A stretch of DNA of 64,000 nucleotides, taken from positions 5,764,849 through 5,828,848 of the forward strand of contig CM082583.2 in assembly GCA_040954595.2 (NCBI GenBank), given 5' to 3'. Under the pieces are notes generated by a model. It was given only the letters and a program-made list of their open reading frames with translations. It made no database searches and was not told the DNA's origin. The stretch comes from Balanoglossus misakiensis (Eukaryota > Animalia > Hemichordata). The translations under genes and the position numbers were made by a program. Positions 50,801-62,073 of the stretch are shown piece after piece; positions within the stretch are counted from its first letter, which is position 1; each line of letters starts with the position of its first letter.

Positions 50801-53800
50801 TCTTCACTTTTTCGAAAAAATCATGGGTTATAGCCCATGAAAATCGTCCAAAAATGACAATTTTTCGACTTTCCGAAATATCAAAATTTCTTCACTTTTT
50901 CGAAAAAATCATGGGTTATAGCCCATGAAAATCGTCCAAAAATGACAATTTTTCGACTTTCCGAAATATCAAAATTTCTTCACTTTTTCGAAAAAATCAT
51001 GGGTTATAGCCCATGAAAATCGTCCAAAAATGACAATTTTTCGACTTTCCGAAATATCAAAATTTCTTCACTTTTTCGAAAAAATCATGGGTTATAGCCC
51101 ATGAAAATCGTCCAAAAATGACAATTTTTCGACTTTCCGAAATATCAAAATTTCTTCATTTTTTCGAAAAAATCATGGGTTATAGCCCATGAAAATCGTC
51201 CAAAAATGACAATTTTTCGACTTTCCGAAATATCAAAATTTCTTCATTTTTTCGAAAAAATCATGGGTTATAGCCCATGAAAATCGTCCAAAAATGACAA
51301 TTTTTCGACTTTCCGAAATATCAAAATTTCTTCATTTTTTCGAAAAAATCATGGGTTATAGCCCATGAAAATCGTCCAAAAATGACAATTTTTCGACTTT
51401 CCGAAATATCAAAATTTCTTCACTTTTTCGAAAAAATCATGGGTTATAGCCCATGAAAATCGTCCAAAAATGACAATTTTTCGACTTTCCGAAATATCAA
51501 AATTTCTTCACTTTTTCGAAAAAATCATGGGTTATAGCCCATGAAAATCGTCCAAAAATGACAATTTTTCGACTTTCCGAAATATCAAAATTTCTTCACT
51601 TTTTCGAAAAAATCATGGGTTTTAGCCCATGAAAATCGTCCAAAAATGACAATTTTTCGACTTTCCGAAATATCAAAATTTCTTCATTTTTTGATAAAAA
51701 TCATGGGTTATAGCTCATGAAAATCGTCCAAAAATGACACTTTTCCGACTTTGCGAAAGTTCAAAATTTCTTCATTTCTTGAAAAAAATCATGGGTTATA
51801 GCTCATGAAAATCGTCCAAAAATGACAATTTTCCGAAATTTCCGAAATTTCAAAATTTCTTCATTTTTTGAAAAAAATCATGGGTTATAGCTTGATAGCT
51901 CATGAAAATCATCCAAATATGACAATTTTTCGACTTTGCGAATGTTCAATATTTCTTTATTTATTAAAAAAAAATCATGGGTTATAGCTCATGAATATCA
52001 TCCAAAAATGACAATTTTCTGACTTTGCGAAATATCAAAATTTCTTCATTTTTCGAAAAAATCATGGGTTATAGCTTACGTAAATCATCCCAAAATGACA
52101 ATTTTTCGACTTTGCGAAAGTTCAAAATTTCTTCATTTTTTGAAAAAAATCATGAGTTATAGCTCATGAAAATCATCCAAATATGACAATTTTTCGACTT
52201 TCCGAAATATCAAAATTTGTTCATTTTTTCGAAAAAATCATTGGTTATAGCTCATGAAAATCGTCCAAAAATAACAATTTTTCGACTTTCCGAAATATCA
52301 AAATTTCTTCATTTTTTCGAAAAAATCATTGGTTATAGCTCATGAAAATTGTCCCAAAATGACAATTTTCCGACTTTGCGAAAGTTTAAAATTTCTTCAT
52401 TTTTTGAAAAAAATCATGGGTTATAGCTCATGAAAATCATCCAAAAATGACAATTTTTCGACTTTCCGAAATATCAAAATTTCTTCATTTTTTCGAAAAA
52501 ATCATGGGTTATAGCCCATGAAAATCGTCAAAAAATAACAATTTTTCGACTTTCCAAAATATCAAAATTTCTTCATTTTTTCGAAAAAATCATGGGTTAT
52601 AGCCCATGAAAATCGTCCAAAAATGACAATTTTTCGACTTTCCGAAATATCAAAATTTGTTCATTTTTTCGAAAAAATCATTGGTTATAGCTCATGAAAA
52701 TCGTCCAAAAATAACAATTTTTCGACTTTCCGAAATATCAAAATTTCTTCATTTTTTGTAAAAAATCATGGGTTATAGCTCATGAAAATCATCCAAATAT
52801 GACAATTTTTCGACTTTGCGAAAGTTCAATATTTCTTCATTTTTTGAAAAAAATCATGGGTTATAGCTCATGAAAATCATCCAAAAATGACAATTTTCCG
52901 ACTTTGCGAAAGTTTAAAATTTCTTCATTTTTCGAAAAAATCATGGGTTATAGCCCATGAAAATCGTCCAAAAATGACAATTTTTCGACTTTCCGAAATA
53001 TCAAAATTTCTTCACTTTTTCGAAAAAATCATGGGTTATAGCCCATGAAAATCGTCCAAAAATGACAATTTTTCGACTTTCCGAAATATCAAAATTTCTT
53101 CACTTTTTCGAAAAAATCATGGGTTATAGCCCATGAAAATCGTCCAAAAATGACAATTTTTCGACTTTCCGAAATATCAAAATTTCTTCACTTTTTCGAA
53201 AAAATCATGGGTTATAGCACATGAAAATCGTCCAAAAATGACAATTTTTCGACTTTCCGAAATATCAAAATTTCTTCACTTTTTCGAAAAAATCATGGGT
53301 TATAGCCCATGAAAATCGTCCAAAAATGACAATTTTTCGACTTTCCGAAATATCAAAATTTCTTCACTTTTTCGAAAAAATCATGGGTTATAGCCCATGA
53401 AAATCGTCCAAAAATGACAATTTTTCGACTTTCCGAAATATCAAAATTTCTTCACTTTTTCGAAAAAATCATGGGTTATAGCCCATGAAAATCGTCCAAA
53501 AATGACAATTTTTCGACTTTCCGAAATATCAAAATTTCTTCACTTTTTCGAAAAAATCATGGGTTATAGCCCATGAAAATCGTCCAAAAATGACAATTTT
53601 TCGACTTTCCGAAATATCAAAATTTCTTCACTTTTTCGAAAAAATCGTGGGTTATAGCCCATGAAAATCGTCCAAAAATGACAATTTTTCGACTTTCCGA
53701 AATATCAAAATTTCTTCATTTTTTCGAAAAAATCGTGGGTTATAGCCCATGAAAATCGTCCAAAAATGACAATTTTTCGACTTTCCGAAATATCAAAATT

Positions 53801-55118
53801 TCTTCACTTTTTCGAAAAAATCATGGGTTATAGCCCATGAAAATCGTCCAAAAATGACAATTTTTCGACTTTCCGAAATATCAAAATTTCTTCACTTTTT
53901 CGAAAAAATCATGGGTTATAGCCCATGAAAATCGTCCAAAAATGACAATTTTTCGACTTTCCGAAATATCAAAATTTCTTCACTTTTTCGAAAAAATCAT
54001 GGGTTATAGCCCATGAAAATCGTCCAAAAATGACAATTTTTCGACTTTCCGAAATATCAAAATTCCTTCACTTTTTCGAAAAAATCATGGGTTATAGCCC
54101 ATGAAAATCGTCCAAAAATGACAATTTTTCGACTTTCCGAAATATCAAAATTTCTTCACTTTTTCGAAAAAATCATGGGTTATAGCCCATGAAAATCGTC
54201 CAAAAATGACAATTTTTCGACTTTCCGAAATATCAAAATTTCTTCACTTTTTCGAAAAAATCATGGGTTATAGCTCATGAAAATCATCCAAAAATGACAA
54301 TTTTTCGACTTTCCGAAATATCAAAATTTCTTCATTTTTTCGAAAAAATCATGGGTTATAGCCCATGAAAATCGTCCAAAAATAACAATTTTTCGACTTT
54401 CCGAAATATCAAAATTTCTTCATTTTTTCGAAAAAATCATGGGTTATAGCCCATGAAAATCGTCCAAAAATGACAATTTTTCGACTTTCCGAAATATCAA
54501 AATTTGTTCATTTTTTCGAAAAAATCATTGGTTATAGCTCATGAAAATCGTCCAAAAATAACAATTTTTCGACTTTCCGAAATATCAAAATTTCTTCATT
54601 TTTTCGAAAAAATCATTGGTTATAGCTCATGAAAATTGCCCCAAAATGACAATTTTCCGACTTTGCGAAAGTTTAAAATTTCTTCATTTTTTGTAAAAAA
54701 TCATGGGTTATAGCTCATGAAAATCATCCAAATATGACAATTTTTCGACTTTGCGAAAGTTCAATATTTCTTCATTTTTTGAAAAAAATCATGGGTTATA
54801 GCTCATGAAAATCATCCAAAAATGACAATTTTCCGACTTTGCGAAAGTTTAAAATTTCTTCATTTTTCGAATAAAATCATGGGTTATAGCTCATGAAAAT
54901 CGTCCAAAAATAACAATTTTTCGACTTTGCGAAAGTTCAAAATTTCTTCATTTTTCGAAAAAAAAATATGGGTTATAGCTCATGAAAACCAACCAAAAAT
55001 GACAATTTTTCGACTTTACGAAAGTTCAAAAGTTCTTCATTTTTCGAAAAAAATCATGGGTTATAGCTCATGAAAATCTCCCAAATATGACAATTTTTCG
55101 ACTTTGCGAAAAATCATG
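29868..55118. repeat. Satellite DNA array, 88-bp monomer, about 287 tandem copies (~25.2 kb)
   Basis: Consensus AAAAAATCATGGGTTATAGCCCATGAAAATCGTCCAAAAATGACAATTTTTCGACTTTCCGAAATATCAAAATTTCTTCATTTTTTCG. The period was confirmed directly: TTCGACTTTC at 30181 and 30269, and the 60-nt line pattern recurs every 1320 = 15x88 nt. Copies are head-to-tail in one orientation and both ends lie inside the window. Confidence 0.99.
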
Positions 55119-55306
55119 TATGTATGTATGTATGTATGTATGTATGTATGTATGTATGTATGTATGTATGTATGTATGTATGTATGTATGTATGTATGTA
55201 TGTATGTATGTATGTATGTATGTATGTATGTATGTATGTATGTATGTATGTATGTATGTATGTATGTATGTATGTATGTATGTATGTATGTATGTATGTA
55301 TGTATG

Positions 55307-55337
<31 letters not shown>

Positions 55338-55348
55338 GTATGTATGTA
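55116..55348. repeat. (TATG)n microsatellite abutting the satellite array
   Basis: About 58 nearly perfect ATGT units. This is the source of the MYVC-repeat ORFs. Confidence 0.98.
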
Positions 55349-58300
55349 ATCTATGCCATCAACAGGTCTTTAGCCCATTAACGACAGAAAAGATAAAGAA
55401 ATGCAATTTTCGCTGGTAAAGCCTCTCTAATCTAGCAAATGCATCACTGCCTCGCAAATGAATCGACATTGCCCCTCTGCCGACCCCTCTTAGAGAAGAC
55501 ATTATTATACCCCGGAAATAGAATATTCGCTCACGGTTGTATCTTCATACAATCCCGTTCTGATGTCGGCATTGCCTTTGTTGATAGCAAAGATAGCCCG
55601 ATTACGTGAACACAGGTGAACCGTGAGCGGGGCTGTTCTGTATCTTATGTCCTTGAAACGGAAGGGAGTCTGGCTGATGATACTGTCTCTTTTAATTACA
55701 CCCCTCCCCTCCAGCAACTCTTCGTATCATCCATTCCTTCAAAGTAACGATTTCATTTTGTTTGAACATCTCTGCACACGTCTAACGTCACTACACAGAA
55801 CAGCGACCAACTGGGTGAATTCATGGCGGGAGGTCTTGAAGGCCAACGGTATAACTAGTTCCCCACTCGTCATCAGCAAAAGATTAGACTCGAGAGATCC
55901 GTTTGCCCGGATGGCAACAACTAGGAAGTTGATTATATTTCTGTTCACGTAAGACTTCTAGACTCAAATGGCTTGTATTTCGAATCATTAACATGCATGA
56001 GGTGATTATCTGCGTCCCTGGCCGTCGGAGTCAACCCGGCAGATTAATAACAGCATTTTTTTTATCGAGTGAGGCGCATTCTTGACCTTGGTATGCTTCA
56101 ACGTGATTAGTGACGACACCATCATCGATATATTAATGAGAGTGTCACAAAGGGGGTCATGCACGTAATCACCAATACAGCTTTTGACAGTATGTTTTGG
56201 TGAGTATGCAATGTGCAAGTTCGAGCGAAAAGTAAACCGAAAGTCAATCTTGTCCTGGAGTCATGTAACGAGCGTGTGGGGGAGATAATAGCTTAACAAG
56301 CACTTGTCGATTGAATGCATGGGATCCCCGATCGCCATTACGCCTTATCAAAATGTCTGTCAATCTGCGCTGGGGGGAGGTCTGACCCCGATGTATGTAA
56401 TTCAATAGGTGGGACCAGTCATAATATTCTACAAGGCATTGTATCAAGTCACACCAAATCGATCACGCGCACAGCATAAAAGAGGCGATGTCGTCATCAT
56501 CGCTTGGTAGGCCAGGTATAGCCAGATCCGGCCGCGTTATTACAGGTATAATTTATACACATCGTCGGCTTCGCTTTGCGAGCCGCGCTTAATGCGCACG
56601 GGGTCTTTGAATGCCGCGGTAAGAAGCTTAAAAATCGCGTACTTGTCCGATTTTCTTCTCGATTAATATCACAGTGCGCACTCGTCGTGTATCAAGTCCG
56701 ACTCGGCGGGTAATTACGCTACAGCTTCGAGAGGTAGCAATCCCATCAGTGAAGCCACGGCGGCCTGTTCCCGTCATGTCAAGATGACATCTTTTGCGTT
56801 TCGTCCAAAAAAGATACTCAATTAGTCATTAGCACTACAATCGAGTAGCACATACTATTAGACATGACGAACGCCACGCTATTACAGGACAGACGTATCC
56901 ATCGAGCACTTCCACTTAATTTCAATAAAATTAAGTTCAATCTTTGAAGTGCTGCGCGGTATCGATATCCACGCACTCCTATACTCGGTAGAAATTAAAT
57001 AGTACCGTAAAACCTCTAAAGCTGACCATATGATATTCATCGGATTTTATCATTTCCATTACATTTTACTCTTCAATGAAAATAACAACGTATTATCACG
57101 TTTATATTTATTAGATAAATTCAATTTCATGCGTACACGTGTGCGGTAAATTTGATGGATGTATTTCCCCCTTTCTTTCTGATATGACGATAAATTAAAG
57201 CGTTCCTGGCACATGAGCATAATTTAGAGAGTCGTGGCGAGCACTGACGTTCTGTCATGGACACAATCACTGTATGCCGCGGAAAGGGGGTTATTATCAC
57301 GGTTGGTGATTAAACCTCTCGCGGTATACAACGTGCATTTATAAGCAGAATTACGTGATAGCTGAAACGAGCACACGCAATAAACACATATCGAGATGTG
57401 ATATATGCGTTAATATTCATCGAGCGCAGTGCGGGTGGGCGTCAGATACGCGTATACATATTCAATGATGATATATAACCTACTGTGAAACTAACAAGTG
57501 AAATATTTAATATACACCGTGAATGGGTTTGCTTCGCTGGGAAATGGCTTGTATTCGCTTGGTCACTGACTGGAAAATTGATCTCGTCCGCCTTCGCGTG
57601 CACGGTAAATATACCGACGGTGAATAAGGCTGTCTGACCTGTATACGTCATCAGCAAGGCTCCATGAATAAAATAGCCCGCGTCGCCAAGTTGGAAATCA
57701 AGTAATTACGTTATAATCTAAGCAGTGTTTGCCTGCCGGTTGCTTTTTTTTTATCTGATAACAAGAATCGGCGGTTTTTGACGCTATCGTATAAACACTA
57801 AATAATGACCAATTTATTGAAGACCATATATTTGAGGTACTACTTTCCTAAGTAGTGCAAAGGAGGGCATAAAAACTGGGAATAATTTTAACGGCAGATG
57901 AGAGACTTCTGTGTGTATTAACTTTAATTGGCATACAGCAGAAGCGTGTTCCTGAGGGTTCATACTGTACATGTCTCTCATGTATGTATGATGATGAATA
58001 GGCATCGGCGGAACGTGCCATGCATATTGCTTGACGTAAAATATTACAGCTTCCATTAGAATCGCGGAAACACATTCACGTTTCACTTCAAGTTGGCTTC
58101 TATTGTGCACGCTCTTCCGCGGAGGAGGGTGTTTTTGTATAACTGGTCGACCCCCGACGTCCGGCGTACACACACACTCCCCGACTGTGATATCGGTCTA
58201 GAAAGGACGCTTTCTGCAAAAGGCTTTGGTTGCAGACTAAAAGCAAGGCCGGCCCCCGGAGACTTGCATCCGACGTCAGCGACCGCTGAATGATGACGAC

Positions 58301-58764
58301 ATATACCACGGTGGCCGTAATCGACGCAGCAGTTGGAACGGTGAAAATCGGCGTAAAATGGAGGCAACGCGATATACAAAACAAAAAGCTGAAAAGGCAC
58401 ACCAGCTAAGACGGTAATGAGCCCATTACGAACCAATTACGCCTGTTCTTTTGAGGAGAAATTACACTCACAAGTAAATTTCTAAGAGTCACTCGAACTC
58501 CAAAAGTACCTCTTCAGTCTTGCTGTGTAGGTGTTTTATTGTTGAATTCTCCAAATTAGACGCGTATCCAGCTAGTTCGGGGACATTTAAACGGGCAGTG
58601 TTGCCTCCAGCTGAACGAAATATATTTACTCCAAAACCAGGGAGATAAATAAAAGAAAAAATAGAGTTTCTGCGTAGTGTCTCGACGGGCTGTCCAAATG
58701 AAAACCTCACACATTCACTTACTTACGCTAATACTTGCATCGGTTCCTCACATGCATGTGTGTA

Positions 58765-58871
58765 TGTCCATCCGTCTGTCTGTCTGCCTGTCTGTCTGTC
58801 TGTCTGTCTGCCTGTCTGTCTGACGTCTGCCTCTGTCTGTCTGTCAGTCTGCTTGTCTGTCTGTCTGCAAG

Positions 58872-58903
<32 letters not shown>

Positions 58904-58908
58904 CCTGT
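58765..58908. repeat. Imperfect (GTCT)n microsatellite
   Basis: GTCT/GCCT units. This is the source of the RQTD/CLSV ORFs. Confidence 0.93.
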
Positions 58909-61900
58909 GTTCATGTTTCCGTCAATATGTCGGGAACGTCTTTACTATTAGAACTTGCTATTTTGTAAAAATAGTAACACATGGTGTCCGATGACAAGGT
59001 TGTCTATATAAGTGCTTTTAAGTGCGATTCGGTCACAGTGAAAAGGAAGGGGGCTCACAGTGACAGACTAAGGTGAATAATACAACGGCAGTATATTGAA
59101 AAGCGATTTATAGCCATCAGTCTCTGCATGTTACTAAAAGCATTCAGTGTCTGACATGTTAATTGTTGGATTCGCTTTACTCTCACTGCGAGTGCTCGAC
59201 AAACACATGCATATAGTAAGACTCCACGCCATGTAGTTACTGCGACATCAAGCCCAAACAAAAAACACAGCAACGCGTTGCAGTGTGTTATGTATTCCTG
59301 ACAAGTGACCACGAATGAATCTCGCAGTTCTTTTGGACAAGGAAATACGACATAATTCTTACTATCATTTGAGTTATACAAGCCGAACATGGTATAAGTG
59401 CTCGACAAAAATGTAGAGCGGTATTCTATGAAATAGTAAGATTGTTCGGTACTCAGTGTTCAGGCTAATCTAGCGACGTGATACGAGCACAGATTGAACA
59501 ATGTTTGTTTTTACGTGAAATTATTGCATATAGTGTGTGTAGTTGCGTGTGTCGTGTGGTGCATTTGCGAATGTAGGTTACAAATCCCCTTCTCCAGTAC
59601 GACAATGTCTTATTCCTAATGGCGGAATAGTGATGGAAGAGTGAACGACTTCTCGGAATAATCGCAACATGGATATCGGATGGTACTCCTTTGAGATGAA
59701 TCCTTTCTTTCACTGACTGTGTGTGATCGGCGGGTCAGCTTACTCTGAAGGTAAGGAAAATGCTGCACCCTTGAAAGCACACCACGGACCATTTACATAG
59801 AAATTACATATCGCACAGTAATCTTTGTCAATGCCCCATTCCTGTCGAATGAATAATATGAGAGAAAATATGAATACACAATGATTTACGTTCATGCTCG
59901 GCGTGATATCCATAATGCAGACTTCCTAATAATTGCTTCATTATAAAAATAAACCCAAATATTCCGTACATAATGTAATGAAAATGGCATTTATGGACCG
60001 TTTTGGAATGCAGTCTTTTAATGCAGCGTGAAAGTCACCTTACACTTTTCAAATTTCTCCAAATGTATATTTTGTGTTTTAGTGGGATATTGAAAGGTTA
60101 AAACGAAAGGTGCGTTTTCAAAACGTGCACGGATTGCTAATGATGGCGACTTTATGAAATACCGTTTCAGGCACATCACGTATAACGTGGAATAAACATA
60201 TAAAGCTAGAGCGTCGTTTCGGGTTGGCTGGAATTCTTCTGAAGAGACGAGTCGCCACCTTCAACATGGTTATGTTTGTTATCCATAAACGGCTTCAACA
60301 TTTGACCATTTTTTCAGTTATTTTAAAAAAATATTTTGTGTTAAGCCCCGCAGTTGAGGTAACTGTGTCGTGACGATTGACAGTAAAGATCTCTTCCAGC
60401 CAATAAAAGTATTAGTATAATTAACATATAAAATACAATGAATATTGAACGTTAACTTTTCGCCCGTTTTTTGCATTAATTATTCAAATTTTCACATCTC
60501 TTGAGAATCTTCCGGGCGCGGGTCAGAAACAATTGCACTTTTGGTAAGCGCCGCAACTCGGAATGTTCGATGTCATTTGAAGGATCTGACTTGTAACTGT
60601 TATCCGGTAATTCAATTTACTGTTGCGCCTTAAGCGGTTTTTAATGACGTGTTTACAGTGTACACACACATACCAATATTACATTGCACTGGTATGACAA
60701 CACGCACGAACGCGGGCGACACGACACACAGCGTTAATATCTAATCCGTCATCTTAGCATGGCGCTCGTAAAGCTGGCAGTTTTTATGACATTTCTGTAG
60801 TTGCTTGCTGTGTGCGTAACAGAAAATAAAGATGGATTGGAACCAAACTTCGCGTTTGAGCGATTTTCACGCGATGCCGCACAGTTCACCAGGGATACGG
60901 TGAAAATTCCGGAAGGGATGGGAGATAATAAATTGTGTTTTTTTTACTACATTTAAGATTGGCAAAAAAAGGTGGAATATTATTTGTAGTCATGGTTCTG
61001 CGGTATGCTAAAAGTAATAAAATATTGGTCTTTAAAAATACGCAGGACGCACGCGCAACTCTTGCACGCATCCTCTTTAGATCTACCCTCTCTCTTTCAG
61101 ATCATTGAATATAAAACAAATGAAACCAATACGAAAAGACAGAAAATCGTTACGAAATAGAATGTTAATACCTAACACTATTTGAGATGACATGTTTGTT
61201 TCCATCGTCACCATTACAACGTAGTGTGGGAACGTGAGTAAGCATTTCATCAAACCAAACCGTGGTTAAATAATATTCGAGTCATTTATCTCTACTGAGC
61301 TCAACGGCTTTTAGTATTAAAGTACCCCATAGAAATTTGGCGTGTGCGGACAATGGCTCCAATGTGTAAATAGATGGTTGACGCAAAAAAGTTGATGGCT
61401 TCGCCGGCAACCTTTTATAATGTCATATACCCTGTCCAGGATATTAAGTTAATTTAACAAGGTATTTATGGCCGGTATTAAAGATTCTTATACGGTCACG
61501 CTATCTCCAGCATCCATACAATAATTGCGATCACACAGAATAGTATGTATAGAACAACGGATTGGGTTGCCCGAGGATTTCTGGTTCATTTTACTCAAAG
61601 GATTATGGATTGTTACTGACAAGAATGGCAAGTAAATAATTCAGTGGATTAAACCTTTACAGTAGCAACATCAAGGGACCACTGCGCGACCCAAATGTAC
61701 TATGGACCCGCACCACATTCACCACCAAGATGGAAACATAATACTATTAGTCGGTTATGTTGCAGTGCGCCCTCACGACTTTCTTGGGGTTTCGCATCAA
61801 CCATACGTCGGTTTGCAGTGCTCAGAACTTTCGGAGCCTGCGCTGCTATTGATCATCTATGACAACAATGTTCCTGGCACCTTTGAGCAAAAAGGTGTAG

Positions 61901-61997
61901 TGTTTCGCCACGTGGGGGCGCACGTGTTCTATATTTGATATGCCTCTCGATATAGTGAACGTAAATTTGCTTCTTTTGTAAGTTGAATTGGCTTTTG

Positions 61998-62011
61998 GAT
62001 GATGATGATGG

Positions 62012-62072
<61 letters not shown>
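61998..62072. repeat. (GAT)n microsatellite
   Basis: About 25 GAT units with one GGT. This is the source of the poly-His ORF. Confidence 0.96.

Positions 62073-62073
<1 letters not shown>

Noticed and set aside
29868-55118. CRISPR-like array (regularly spaced palindromic repeat)
   Set aside because: The sequence between palindromes is nearly identical in every unit, so there are no unique spacers. No cas genes are present and the context is eukaryotic.
55087-55419. MYVC-repeat ORFs (likewise CLSV/RQTD ORFs at 3560-3925, 26994-27275 and 58723-58968)
   Set aside because: They are translations of stop-free tetranucleotide microsatellites.
58083-58436. Overlapping 100-117 aa minus-strand ORFs in a GC-rich patch
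   Set aside because: They have non-ATG starts and no homology I can recognise, and their length is compatible with chance at this GC content.
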